Source: a virus. From it: a stretch of 64,000 bases of DNA. A program made the position numbers and the translations under genes. The stretch lies in IMG/VR virus record IMGVR_UViG_3300044833_000182, positions 32,109 through 96,108 of that record. One strand, given 5' to 3'. The notes beneath the pieces were generated by a model. The model had not been told where the DNA came from, ran no database searches, and saw only the letters and a list, made by a program, of their open reading frames with translations. This document shows, in pieces, positions 18,341 through 28,068 of this stretch. Positions within the stretch are counted from its first letter, which is position 1, and every line of letters begins with the position of its first letter.

Positions 18341-18730
18341 ATGCAATCCGGAACCATCCACCTGCCCCGCCCCTGCCGCAAGCGCGTCGCCTCCCTCGAC
18401 GCGCTCTTCCCGGACGACGCGCGGCTCGGCGACTTCCTCAGCGGCGACAACCGCCCGGACTGCACCAGCGCCGCGGGCCGCGACCGGATGGACCGGCTCG
18501 ATGAGTTGCTGGCCCTGCTGACGGCGCGACAGCGGGAGATTCTCCTGATGAGCGTCGAGTGCGGCAACGTGGAGGCGGCCCGGCGGCTGGGGGTGGTGGT
18601 CGGCAGCGTTGCGATGACGAAAGCCCTTTGCTTGCTGAAGTTTCAGCGGGCGATAGCCGGACAGCGGGTGTGCGCGTGGCGGGGGCGGCCGGAGAAGGTC
18701 AAGCGGCGGCCGGGGGAGAGGGCGGGGTGA
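18341..18730 (+). CDS. Sigma70 region-4-like HTH protein
   Basis: VASLDA..LGDFL..LLALLTARQREILL..EAARRLGV. Confidence 0.65.
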   Translation: MQSGTIHLPRPCRKRVASLDALFPDDARLGDFLSGDNRPDCTSAAGRDRMDRLDELLALLTARQREILLMSVECGNVEAARRLGVVVGSVAMTKALCLLKFQRAIAGQRVCAWRGRPEKVKRRPGERAG

Positions 18731-18785
18731 ACCGCGGACCGCGGTGGAGGAGCGACGAGGGGCGGGGGAGGGGAGGGATGATGGG

Positions 18786-19037
18786 TTACTTCTCCGGCCT
18801 CCTCAGCCTATCCATTACCGCCTGATAATCCCGGGTGATTGCTGGACGGTTGATGGAATCGAGGTAGTCGGTGAGTTTTAGGCGCTTACCGCCCGGCGCC
18901 TTGGTGTGAGCGCAAACGATCCGGGCTTGCTCGATCAGTTCGACCGCAAGACGGACGGTCGCAGTAGGAGCCTGGTAGGGTTCCGGCTCCGGAGGAGGAT
19001 CAGGCGCGGGAGGGGAAGAAGGTGTCTTCTTTGCCAC
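18786..19037 (-). CDS. Small divergent regulator 2 (RHH-like repressor)
   Basis: TATVRLAVELIEQARIVC..KRLKLTDYLDSINRPAITRDY; paralogous to 3470-3709. Confidence 0.65.
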   Translation of the reverse strand: MAKKTPSSPPAPDPPPEPEPYQAPTATVRLAVELIEQARIVCAHTKAPGGKRLKLTDYLDSINRPAITRDYQAVMDRLRRPEK

Positions 19038-19179
19038 GGCAGGGTCCAGTAATGCCAGGGTCGTCACAAACTACTCCTGTTTCAAGGGTAACAGTGTCGA
19101 TGGCACACGACCAGACGCCGTACCATTGTACGCGGAAATCCCGTTCCAGTGACACTTGTAAATTACGGTTTCTGTGTCA

Positions 19180-19208
19180 TTGACACTTTGTGTCAGTAGC
19201 ACTATACT
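19180..19208 (+). promoter_or_regulatory. Sigma70-type promoter P2 overlapped by TGACAC/GTGTCA inverted half-sites
   Basis: TTGACA-17-TATACT. Confidence 0.8.
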
Positions 19209-19256
19209 ACGTTCTGACAAACAACGCAACCCCATCGCCCACGAGGAACTGTCGCA

Positions 19257-19463
19257 ATGAGGTACTACCTGGAGATCGAAGAGAACAACGACCGCCTCCC
19301 GGTCGGCAACCTCCGCGGTTACACCACGCTCGACGAAGCGAAGAAGGAAGCCGAGAAGTACGTTGACGACACTCTCCCCGCCAACCGCGTTCGCGTCTTT
19401 GCCCACGTCGCGACCGCGTATCTTCGCGGCGACGGCGAGGCCGCCGTTCAGGACGAGAAGTGA
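19257..19463 (+). CDS. Small early protein
   Basis: GAGGA RBS; first gene after P2. Confidence 0.65.
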   Translation: MRYYLEIEENNDRLPVGNLRGYTTLDEAKKEAEKYVDDTLPANRVRVFAHVATAYLRGDGEAAVQDEK

Positions 19464-19499
19464 ACCCCATCGCTCCTTCACCCCACGAGGTCACCTACC

Positions 19500-19682
19500 A
19501 TGACTCGCCGCGCAGCAAGACTCCTGAAGCGGTTTGAGAACGCCGCCCGCGAACTCTCCTGGCTCGGCGGGCGCGATCCGGACGCCCACGACGAGATCCA
19601 GAGTGAGTACAAGGCGGCGCGGAAGGCGCTGATGGAGTACATCGGAGAACTGGAGAAGGCCACGGAAGGGGTGAGGCAGTGA
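19500..19682 (+). CDS. Small hypothetical protein
   Basis: GAGG RBS. Confidence 0.6.
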   Translation: MTRRAARLLKRFENAARELSWLGGRDPDAHDEIQSEYKAARKALMEYIGELEKATEGVRQ

Positions 19683-19939
19683 AAGCATGTGACCGCTGCC
19701 TGGCAGCAAATGCCTTCAAGACATCCATCCTGTTCGGCAAACACGACGGATCACGGAAGAGCGGCGCGCGCCGGATTCTGAGCGTGAACTGTGAGTTGTG
19801 CGACCAGTGTATCACCGATTTGCTTCACGAGTTCGGCCGGTTGAAGGCGGCCTTCCTCAAGGCCGGCATCAGCCCGGACGGCCCAGCGAAAAACATGAAA
19901 GAACCCATTTCGCCCGCAACAATGGAGACCGCATCATGA
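19679..19939 (+). CDS. Zn-binding hypothetical protein
   Basis: CDRC..LCDQC; GTGA overlap. Confidence 0.6.
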   Translation: MKACDRCLAANAFKTSILFGKHDGSRKSGARRILSVNCELCDQCITDLLHEFGRLKAAFLKAGISPDGPAKNMKEPISPATMETAS

Positions 19940-20670
19940 GCGTTTTCAAGCGTCCCACGGGCAAGACCGGCAGCGGCGGCGACTTCGAGTTGCCCAGCGA
20001 AGAACCCCAACCCGCCGTCCTCATCGGTATCATCGACATCGGCACGCAGACGAGCCCGAAGTACGGCAAGAGCCGTCAGGGCGTGTTCATCTGGGAGTTG
20101 ACCGGCGAGGAGAGGAAGAAGGACAACACCCCTTTCATCCTGGCGCACAAGTTCACGTTGAGCATGAACGAGAAAAGCAACCTGTACAAGTTCGTCAAGG
20201 CGTGGCGGAAGAATGTCACGGACGGCGAGGAGTACGACGTGGCCGGACTCCTCGGGATGAAGGCCGTGCTCAACATCGAGCTGAAGGGCGGGCAGGGCGA
20301 GAAGGGGGACCGGACCTACCTGGAAATTCTGGGGGCGAACAAGCCGGCCAAGGGCCAGACGGTGAACGACCCGGAGAACGACCCTCTCCTCTGGGAGATC
20401 GAGGGCGGGAGTGAGTTGCCCGAGCAGAAGTGGATTCCCAACCTCTACGGCAAGCCGATCCAGGAGATGATTCGCGAGTCCGACGAGTGGCGCGCCCGCG
20501 AGGCGCAGCGCGCCGGCGCCGAGAAGACGAAGGCTGTGGAGAAGGAAGCCGACGCCGCGTTCAGCAGGGCCGCCCCGGCGCCTGAACCTGAGCCGGAGGA
20601 AGAGCCGCCCGTGCGCGCCGGCAAGCGGCAGACGACAGCCGCGGCTGTTGAAGACGAGATCCCGTACTGA
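19936..20670 (+). CDS. Phage single-stranded DNA-binding protein (putative)
   Basis: IIDIGTQ..FIWEL..FTLSMNEKSNL; acidic tail EDEIPY; upstream of the primase. Confidence 0.75.
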   Translation: MSVFKRPTGKTGSGGDFELPSEEPQPAVLIGIIDIGTQTSPKYGKSRQGVFIWELTGEERKKDNTPFILAHKFTLSMNEKSNLYKFVKAWRKNVTDGEEYDVAGLLGMKAVLNIELKGGQGEKGDRTYLEILGANKPAKGQTVNDPENDPLLWEIEGGSELPEQKWIPNLYGKPIQEMIRESDEWRAREAQRAGAEKTKAVEKEADAAFSRAAPAPEPEPEEEPPVRAGKRQTTAAAVEDEIPY

Positions 20671-20686
20671 TCCAAGCGAGGCTGAC

Positions 20687-21007
20687 ATGGCCAGCATCTT
20701 TCTTCAGTGCGTGGTGGGCGGCGGCACGGAAGCTCCGCCCACCGGCGCCCCGTCGCTCCTGATGGAGCCGGTCGTTGTTCGGGAAGCGAACCTCGTGGTG
20801 AACGAGATCGCCTGCGCGAACGGCCGTGCCTGGCAGGTTCGCCGTACTTCTGCGCTCAAGGCAGGCGCAAAGGAGCCGGGCGACGTTCACCGGGTGACGT
20901 TCGCCTCGGGCGTGTGGTCATGCTGCTGCAAGGCGTGGCAGTATCGGGGCGCGTGCAGGCACGCCAGCGCCGTCAAGCAACTGCTCAACGGGGAAAGTCA
21001 TGGGTAA
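20687..21007 (+). CDS. SWIM zinc-finger protein
   Basis: WSCCCKAWQYRGACRH. Confidence 0.75.
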   Translation: MASIFLQCVVGGGTEAPPTGAPSLLMEPVVVREANLVVNEIACANGRAWQVRRTSALKAGAKEPGDVHRVTFASGVWSCCCKAWQYRGACRHASAVKQLLNGESHG

Positions 21008-21236
21008 GAACGTGTGCTCCCACGTCCGCAAGGCGTTCTTCCGCCAGCAGATGGCGGACGGCCGATTTCAGGTGCGCGAGGCCTGCCTCGATTGCTGGGA
21101 GAACCCGCGCGGGAGTGGAGTCTGGGTGAGCCGGAGCGAGTTGATCGTCCCGCTGGAAGACCTGCCCTTGTATCCGGACGCGCAAGAACGGGTCATCCCT
21201 GGCCAGCCCCGGCAAGGCGATCTTTTCGGGGGCTAA
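21000..21236 (+). CDS. Small Zn-binding protein
   Basis: CSH..CLDC; ends in QGDLFGG. Confidence 0.6.
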   Translation: MGKNVCSHVRKAFFRQQMADGRFQVREACLDCWENPRGSGVWVSRSELIVPLEDLPLYPDAQERVIPGQPRQGDLFGG

Positions 21237-23434
21237 TGATGGCGAGCATCTTCACCGTTCCCGTGGAAGCAGCAAGCAACACCTCTACAGCGGACATCGA
21301 CGCCGCGGAGATTCGCCGCGCCATGACCCTTTTCGGGGCTCACGAGAAACTGGTGGAGATCCGCGCTGTCTTCGGCGAGCGTCGCAAGGCGAGAGGGCGA
21401 TTCCATCCAGGCACAGACCTTGACGCTTTCGTAGAGACGGCGCGGATGTTTTCGGGCGAGGGAGCGACCAGCATCTATTTCACCATCAATCCTGTACCAA
21501 CGGAGCCAGCCAAACTCACCACCGACAATGACGTTTTGCATCGACAGCTACTGTTCATTGACGTGGACGCTCTCACGCCCGACGCACACAGCAACAGCAG
21601 CGAGCCGGAGCACGAGGCGGCGCGAGAAATGGCGCTTGCCGTCCGCGAAGCACTTGCAACGGAAGGCTGGCCGACGCCGATTCTCGCCGACAGCGGCAAC
21701 GGCTGGCATCTCTATTACTGGATCGACCTGCCCGCTGACGAGCCCACCCGGGAACTTATCTCCGCTTTCCTGAAGCGGCTCAAGACGAAGTTTGACGGCG
21801 GCGGCAAGATCGACCCGGCCGTCTCCAACGCCGGGCGAATCAGCAAACTCCCCGGAACATGGGCGCGTAAAGGTCTGGACAGTCCAGACCGTCCCCACCG
21901 ACAGGCGCGCCTGCTCTGGGTTCCGGAGGAAAAAGAGCTTGTTTCGCCAGAACAGATTGGAGCGTTTCTCGCAGCAACTACCGAAAAGACCCACAAGGCC
22001 AACGGGACAGTGCCGCCCTTCTCGGCGTTGAAGCCGCGAGTGAACGCCAGCGGCAGCGATTCCGCCTACGCCCGCAAAGCGCTCGCGGACGAATGCGCCC
22101 GCATGGCGATGACTTCCAGCGGCGGCTTGAACACCCAGCTTTTTAAGTCCGGCGCCGCGTGCGGGAACTTCGTCCCGCACCTTCTTTCCGAGGCTGAGGT
22201 TTTCGATTGTCTTCTAGCGGCCGCGCATACGGCGGGATGCGACAACCCCGCCAAGGATGAGGACACCCTCCGGCGGGGCATCCACCAGGGCATGGAGACG
22301 CCCCGGTATGCACCCAAGCCAGCGCCCGTCAGTGCGCCGCCTTCCGCGACGGAAGCCAACGGCGTTCTGGAGCGGGTCACAATCACGGCCATTGAAATAA
22401 CACCGCGAAAGGTTGAATTCCTCTGGCCGGGCCGGATTCCCGCCAACAAATTGACTACCTTCGCCGGAGTTGGGGGACTGGGAAAAACTTTTTCACTCTG
22501 CGACATAGCCGCCCGCTTGAGTACCGGCGCTCCCTGGCCCGACGACCCGGACAGCGCTGCGCCCAAGGGGCGGTCGCTCATTATCAGCGGCGAGGACGAC
22601 GCCGACGACACGCTTGTCCCCCGTCTGATCGGCATGGGGGCCGACCTTAACCGCGTGTCCTTCCTGACCATCAAGGCCCTTGACCATTTCACCCTCCAGC
22701 AGTTGCCCTTGCTGGAGCGCGCCTTGGAAGAGATGCGCGGCGAATGCCGATTCCTCGCCATCGACCCGCCCACGGCCTACCTCGGAGGGATCGACGATCA
22801 CAAAAACGCCGAACTCCGGCAACTGCTGACGCCCCTGAAGAGTTTCGCGCACAAGCACAACGTCGCCATCGTTTTCAACACGCACATCACGAAATCCGGA
22901 GGCGTCAAGGTAGAGGCGATGATGCGCGTGATGGGTTCCGTTGCCTGGGTCAACGCCGTCCGCGCGGCACACCTGTTCGCCCGCGACCCCGATGATAAGG
23001 ACCGCCGGCTCTTCCTCTGCATGAAGATGAACGTGGCCAAGGAGAAGAGGGGCCTCGCCTATCGGCTCGTGGGCGAGCCGGGCGAGGACGCAGGGCGCCT
23101 GGAATGGATGGGTGAAGTGGACACGTCGGCGGACGACGCCATCAACGCTGGCGGCAAGCAGTCACGCGGGGTTGTCGCTTCCCGGTGGTTAATCGAGCGG
23201 TTCCGCGAAAACCTCGAATGGCGGTCAGACGACCTGATCGAGGCCGGTAGGCAGAACGGCGTCAGCCGCAACGCCCTCTTCGAGGCGAAGGATCGCCTTT
23301 GCCTGCCCAAGGCAAGGAAGACCACCCACACCAACGGAGACACCTGCTGGGTCTGGTGGGTTCCGGCGGACTGGCCTCATTTCCAGGCGTCCGTTAAACC
23401 GGAAGCCGCTGGGCCCGATGAAACGCCGTTCTGA
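21236..23434 (+). CDS. Primase (AEP/RepB-like) fused to a RecA-family AAA_25 helicase with a C-terminal wHTH
   Basis: LFIDVD, DSGNGWHLYY, RISKLPGT; Walker A GVGGLGKT, SGEDD, LAIDP, NTHITK. Confidence 0.9.
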   Translation: MMASIFTVPVEAASNTSTADIDAAEIRRAMTLFGAHEKLVEIRAVFGERRKARGRFHPGTDLDAFVETARMFSGEGATSIYFTINPVPTEPAKLTTDNDVLHRQLLFIDVDALTPDAHSNSSEPEHEAAREMALAVREALATEGWPTPILADSGNGWHLYYWIDLPADEPTRELISAFLKRLKTKFDGGGKIDPAVSNAGRISKLPGTWARKGLDSPDRPHRQARLLWVPEEKELVSPEQIGAFLAATTEKTHKANGTVPPFSALKPRVNASGSDSAYARKALADECARMAMTSSGGLNTQLFKSGAACGNFVPHLLSEAEVFDCLLAAAHTAGCDNPAKDEDTLRRGIHQGMETPRYAPKPAPVSAPPSATEANGVLERVTITAIEITPRKVEFLWPGRIPANKLTTFAGVGGLGKTFSLCDIAARLSTGAPWPDDPDSAAPKGRSLIISGEDDADDTLVPRLIGMGADLNRVSFLTIKALDHFTLQQLPLLERALEEMRGECRFLAIDPPTAYLGGIDDHKNAELRQLLTPLKSFAHKHNVAIVFNTHITKSGGVKVEAMMRVMGSVAWVNAVRAAHLFARDPDDKDRRLFLCMKMNVAKEKRGLAYRLVGEPGEDAGRLEWMGEVDTSADDAINAGGKQSRGVVASRWLIERFRENLEWRSDDLIEAGRQNGVSRNALFEAKDRLCLPKARKTTHTNGDTCWVWWVPADWPHFQASVKPEAAGPDETPF

Positions 23435-23436
23435 GG

Positions 23437-23705
23437 TCAAGTGTCCCGGTTTCTCTCCCCAAGTGGGGCCGGGACGATTGGGACGATTGCAACACTTGAG
23501 GTTAAGTCTATATGCGACAACATGTTGGGTCTGTCCCATTTACCACTGTCCTCGAATGGAGAGCGGGACACTTGAAAAGTGCCGGGACACTTGAGCGCTT
23601 TTTCAAGTGTTTCAATCGTCCCGGTTTAAATTTCCACCGGGACGATTGAAACACACCTGTTTAGCTGTGAAACAGGTCAAGTGTTGCAATCGTTTCAATC
23701 GTCCC
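23437..23705. promoter_or_regulatory. Putative replication origin: iterons and nested inverted repeats
   Basis: GGGACGATTG and GGGACACTTGA units in both orientations; 29-bp IR (27/29) at 23471-23499/23677-23705; perfect 19-bp IR at 23607-23625/23636-23654 with an AT-rich spacer. Confidence 0.75.
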
Positions 23706-23727
23706 GAAAACCCTCTAGGAGGATTCC

Positions 23728-24105
23728 ATGAAACAGATCATTTTGACCCTTCCCGAGAACGTCGAGCTTCTCCTGAACGAGGCCGCCACTCGTCACTTGA
23801 TGAGCCTGGAAGGCTACGCTTCCCACGTCCTGACCCGGGCGCTTCAGCGGGGCAGTCGCCATCAGGGACAGACCCCTTACCGCCGCAAGAACGCCGCCGC
23901 GTTTCTCCACAGACTCGCAGCCGAAAAGACCCTCTGGGTTGCCACGGACTTGTGGACTCGCGCCCGGGAAGACGGCGTCAGCCGACAGGCCATCTTCGAG
24001 GCGAAGGAGGATTCGCTGATCGAGATCCGACGCAGAAAGATGGAAGAGTCCGTCTGCTGGATCTGGGACCTGAGCCAGCTTGTCCAGAGCAACGATCACT
24101 CCTAA
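23728..24105 (+). CDS. RHH-like N-terminus plus a wHTH homologous to the primase-helicase C-terminus
   Basis: MKQIILTLPENVELLL..; REDGVSRQAIFEAK..VCWIW vs RQNGVSRNALFEAK..TCWVW; AGGAGG RBS. Confidence 0.75.
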   Translation: MKQIILTLPENVELLLNEAATRHLMSLEGYASHVLTRALQRGSRHQGQTPYRRKNAAAFLHRLAAEKTLWVATDLWTRAREDGVSRQAIFEAKEDSLIEIRRRKMEESVCWIWDLSQLVQSNDHS

Positions 24106-24132
24106 CCACCCAAACGCTTGAAGGGAGATTAC

Positions 24133-25293
24133 ATGGCCAGACTCGCTGATCTCATCTCGCAATGGAAATGGACGCCCCCTGTCACCTACTCCGGGGCGAC
24201 TGACGACGTGCTTGCGGAATGGAAAACCGCCGCCGATGATCTGCGCGACAAGATTGCCGCTTCGGTGATCATCTCTGCCGACAACGTTTGCGAGTACCTC
24301 TTCGCTGGAACGGACCAGGAAGAATGGGAATACATGAAGGATTTCCCCTGCTGCGCCCCGCCCTTCCCGTCCTTCTTTATCGAGATGGCTCGCCCCTCTC
24401 GCATCACTTCAGAGAAACCTCGTCCCGGGTCGTCCGCCTCCATGCTCCCCTTGCAATGGGGTTGGTATTTCGAGGCGATCGACCACGCCGAAATCATCGC
24501 CGGACAAACCGAGACGCCCGGGGAAGCCGTATCCCGCCTGGAGAAAATCGCTGCACAAGTTGAGCGGGTAATCGATGTTCGCCTTATCCAGGCTGCGGCA
24601 CAGTCAACAAACCACGGCGTTGACCCAGCAGCCGCGTTTGCCGGATTGCCTGATCGCGAGAAAGACTACGTCATGCTTCTTCGCACCATCGAAGCCGCAA
24701 AAGAAGGTAACGCCAACTTTGCCCAGGGCGTAGCCCAGGAGCTTGCGGCTACATCCTGGATTCTCAAAGCCGTTCTGGTTGCTTCGTCGCCTGGAAAAAT
24801 CGTTGGCCCGTCTCTCGCCCTGTCTTTCCAGATTGGCGAGGCCGGAAACATCCTCCACAAGCCGATGTTGCAGGTTTATGGAAACCACGCCTTTAACAAT
24901 CGATCTCTTGCCGAAGGGTTGAGTCAGACTTCCGGGCCGCTGATCTTCCCTGCTCTTCTCGCGCTCTCATTCGTCAATTGCAAGAACGTACAGGTCGTGA
25001 ATCACGAGCCGGCGCCGCCATCGTCCGGTACTCACCTGAAGCGCCCGCTTCTTCGTTACCACGTTCTCAACATCGAACCGATGAAGACGGTTCTTCGGCG
25101 TGATGGCGGCTCGGAGACTGCCGGTGTGAAACGCGCGCTTCACATCTGTAGGGGCCACTTCGCTAACTACACCGAGCGCGGCCTGTTCGGTAAGTATTTC
25201 GGCCGCTTCTGGGTTCCCTCCCACGTTCGCGGCAGCACATCTCAGGGATACATGGAAAAGGACTATGCGGTTCAACCCGGGAAGCATTCGTGA
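24133..25293 (+). CDS. Conserved phage protein with a C-terminal H..RGH..WV..H.RG motif (lower GC)
   Basis: RALHICRGHFANY..FWVPSHVRG; GGGAG RBS. Confidence 0.75.
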   Translation: MARLADLISQWKWTPPVTYSGATDDVLAEWKTAADDLRDKIAASVIISADNVCEYLFAGTDQEEWEYMKDFPCCAPPFPSFFIEMARPSRITSEKPRPGSSASMLPLQWGWYFEAIDHAEIIAGQTETPGEAVSRLEKIAAQVERVIDVRLIQAAAQSTNHGVDPAAAFAGLPDREKDYVMLLRTIEAAKEGNANFAQGVAQELAATSWILKAVLVASSPGKIVGPSLALSFQIGEAGNILHKPMLQVYGNHAFNNRSLAEGLSQTSGPLIFPALLALSFVNCKNVQVVNHEPAPPSSGTHLKRPLLRYHVLNIEPMKTVLRRDGGSETAGVKRALHICRGHFANYTERGLFGKYFGRFWVPSHVRGSTSQGYMEKDYAVQPGKHS

Positions 25294-25345
25294 CCACCGA
25301 CGCCGTCTGTGAGACAAACAATCCCAACCCTTGAGGACCAGTGCC

Positions 25346-25828
25346 ATGCCGACCTACCGCACCGCCACAAAGGAAGTCACTTCGCTGATAAGCGAAGTGA
25401 TGAATCAGTACCACCCGGACCTGGAAAAGGCCGGAGTGACCGTGTCCGCTCTCTTCGCCGATGAACTTCGGCACCACGGATATTCCGCCCGGGCGACCAT
25501 CAAGATCAACAGCGTGAAGGACCGGATTGAGGGCAAGGCTGACTGCACCCTCACCATCTGCGAACCGGATTGGGAAGAGATGAGCGCAGAGGAACGGTCG
25601 GCTCTGATCGACCACGAGGAAACCCATCTCATCCTCGTGCGCGATGAAGACAAGCGGGTGAAGTACGATCAGGCCGAGCGGCCGAAACTGAAGATGCGCG
25701 AGCACGACTTCCAGGGCGGCTACTTCTTCGAGGTGGCTGAGCGGCACAAGGAATCCTCGCCGGAGGCCGTCAGTTACAAGCCCTTACAAGCCCGAATGCG
25801 ACAGCTTTTACTCTTCGAGGACTCCTGA
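25346..25828 (+). CDS. Putative phage metallopeptidase
   Basis: W..MS.EERSALIDHEETH..REHDF. Confidence 0.8.
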   Translation: MPTYRTATKEVTSLISEVMNQYHPDLEKAGVTVSALFADELRHHGYSARATIKINSVKDRIEGKADCTLTICEPDWEEMSAEERSALIDHEETHLILVRDEDKRVKYDQAERPKLKMREHDFQGGYFFEVAERHKESSPEAVSYKPLQARMRQLLLFEDS

Positions 25829-25829
25829 C

Positions 25830-26042
25830 ATGCGTGTTCCCGTCGAGATCGAAGAAATAGAACTGGACGGCGATCACGCGCCCGTGCCCAGCATCCAGGC
25901 GACCTGCCAGCGGTGCGGACATGAAACGCAGTCGTTCGGCACATCGGAGAAATCCGTCAAGCGCTGCCTCGTCTTGCTCCGCAAGGAATGCAGGAACGAG
26001 GAGAGCAATTTCTATGTCGCCAGCGAGGAGGATGAATCGTGA
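25830..26042 (+). CDS. Small Zn-ribbon protein
   Basis: CQRC..C..C. Confidence 0.65.
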   Translation: MRVPVEIEEIELDGDHAPVPSIQATCQRCGHETQSFGTSEKSVKRCLVLLRKECRNEESNFYVASEEDES

Positions 26043-26671
26043 CCCCAGCCGTCTTCCTCGCCGACCTGCGCCGCGCCGGCTTTTCCCTCCGCTCCGAGGC
26101 CGGCAAGCTCCTCATCGCCCCGTCGAGCAAACTGACCCCCGCGCAGGTTGCCCTGATCAAGCAGCACCGGGACGCCCTCCTCCTCCTCCTTGCCGACGAG
26201 GAGGCGGCCCTGTCGGCGCTGGCCGACCGCGCCTTTCTGGGACAACCCGTTCGCGGACCCACCGAGCAAGACCGCGCACGAGCCGACCGTGCTGCTGAGG
26301 TGGGAGAGCGGCGAGGTAATGGCGTTCAGTCGTCGCTTCGTCTTGTGGTGGGAGGCGCGAGCGGCAGAGGGCAGGGCGACCGCGGAGAAACTCGCCCGGC
26401 GAGACCGGGAAAAGGCGAAGAAACGGGCGAAGGCGCGGAAGCAGAAGCAGGCCCGGCTGTTCGACCCGGAACAGCGCCCGGAGGCGATGTAGGCGTGTGG
26501 ACCGGATGGATCAAGATGCTGGGCGAGCCGTGGCGGCGGCTCGTTGCCCACGAGGACCGCTGGGAGTGCTGGCGCCGCTTGCTCGACCTGCGGCCGGGCG
26601 TGGACGAAGCAAGTTTTGAGCTTCTCGTGAACGAAGGGCAGACGCCAGACCATCGAAGGAAACCCAGATGA
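26039..26671 (+). CDS. TubC-N-like docking domain protein (downstream frame ambiguous)
   Basis: FLADLRRAGFSLRSEAGKLLIAP..LT....ALIKQHRDALL. Confidence 0.55.
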   Translation: MTPAVFLADLRRAGFSLRSEAGKLLIAPSSKLTPAQVALIKQHRDALLLLLADEEAALSALADRAFLGQPVRGPTEQDRARADRAAEVGERRGNGVQSSLRLVVGGASGRGQGDRGETRPARPGKGEETGEGAEAEAGPAVRPGTAPGGDVGVWTGWIKMLGEPWRRLVAHEDRWECWRRLLDLRPGVDEASFELLVNEGQTPDHRRKPR

Positions 26672-26981
26672 CCGACCGCGACGCGCTCAACAACGACCTG
26701 GAAGCCGGCCCCGCCCTCACCCTCGCCGCCGGCTTGTTCGTCATCGGCGGCGGCCGTCCGGCGGCGCGGCAGACACAGGAGGGACGCAACATGGCTACCG
26801 CCGCCGAATGGACGGTGCTGGACAACCTCGAACACCACTGGCCCGTGCGAACGAACCTGCCGCTGGATGTGGCCGAGGCCGCTTACGAAGCGTGCGAGGC
26901 CCGGGGGTGGGTGAGCGACGGGGCGGTTACGCCAGCTGGGAAGGTGGAGTTGCTCAAGCCGCTGACGATGGAGAGCGAACC

Positions 26982-27269
26982 ATGACCGATTATGAAGCAC
27001 TCAAGATGGAACTGGAAGGCGTCAAAAAGGCGTTCGCCATCATGGAAAAGGGCCTGGAATCGGCGTGCGAGCTGATGGACGATCTGAAGCAGCAGACGCG
27101 AGCGCAGGCCGCCGAGATCAACCGTCTTGCAGACGAGGCGGCGCGGCTGCGGAGGCTGTGTATTGCGCACCACGTTGATCCCGACCGGTGCGGCGAGTTT
27201 CCCGGTGGGGAGCAGTGCGGCCGAAGGCATGGGCATGAAGGGAAGTGCTGCTGGCTGAATGGAGACTGA
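26982..27269 (+). CDS. Coiled-coil protein with a Cys/His tail
   Basis: GGAG RBS, ATGA overlap. Confidence 0.55.
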   Translation: MTDYEALKMELEGVKKAFAIMEKGLESACELMDDLKQQTRAQAAEINRLADEAARLRRLCIAHHVDPDRCGEFPGGEQCGRRHGHEGKCCWLNGD

Positions 27270-27283
27270 AGGAGGATTGAAGG

Positions 27284-27520
27284 ATGACCAGACGCAACAT
27301 TCAGAACGCCCTCGCCCGCGCCTTCAATGAAGGTTCGGACTCGTGTCTCGCCGGTCTCAAGCCGTGCGACAACCCGTACAAGGACGGTGGCTTGCCTGCC
27401 CTCTACGAGAAATGGCGACAAGGCTGGTGGCATATTCAACTAAATTGGTGTGCCAGCGTCAACGGCCGCTGGCCGGCTGGCGCGCCGCGGCCGTGTGCAG
27501 CGGGAAGGAGGGCGAAGTGA
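27284..27520 (+). CDS. Ribosome modulation factor (Rmf/CrpP)-like protein
   Basis: RAFNEG....AG....NPY....WRQGW. Confidence 0.65.
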   Translation: MTRRNIQNALARAFNEGSDSCLAGLKPCDNPYKDGGLPALYEKWRQGWWHIQLNWCASVNGRWPAGAPRPCAAGRRAK

Positions 27521-28068
27521 GCGCAAACGTCAACAACCCGACTCATCGAAAGAGCAAACAGCGCCTTGCCGTGGAAGCAGCAATCCGCACCAATCGCAGC
27601 TTGACACACAAGGCTCTGGCGAAACGGTTCGGCGTCTCCCCGCAGAGGATATCCCAGATCAACCTGGCGATGCCTCCCGCTGAACGCTTGTTCGGAAAGA
27701 GATGGGAGCCGACAGAGGCGCAGCGTAACCGAGCCGACGCTATCGCCGCTGCTCTGCGAGAACGCTGTGACCGTTCCGATACGGAGATAGCCAGGCTGGC
27801 TGGTTGCGCCTGCTCCACTGCGGGAAGGCACAGGAAGCGTCTTGGGTATCCCCGGTACTTCGCCCCAAACAGGAACCGAGGAGTCAAGGGTCAGCGCCGC
27901 CTTGCTATCGAAGCAGCGCTTCTCGAAAAGCCGATGAGTTACGGCCGTATCAGGGAGATCGCTGAGGATTTGGGCGCGTCGTACGAGTACGTTTCTTGGT
28001 TGTGGTTCCATCTGAAGCCGGCCGATGCGCCCGATCTGCGCAAGGTGAAAAGGAGGGGGACGTCATGA
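27517..28068 (+). CDS. Multi-HTH protein A
   Basis: Three HTH-like repeats (RLAVEAAI, SDTEIARLAGC, IREIAEDLGAS); paralogous to 29308-29775. Confidence 0.7.
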   Translation: MSANVNNPTHRKSKQRLAVEAAIRTNRSLTHKALAKRFGVSPQRISQINLAMPPAERLFGKRWEPTEAQRNRADAIAAALRERCDRSDTEIARLAGCACSTAGRHRKRLGYPRYFAPNRNRGVKGQRRLAIEAALLEKPMSYGRIREIAEDLGASYEYVSWLWFHLKPADAPDLRKVKRRGTS

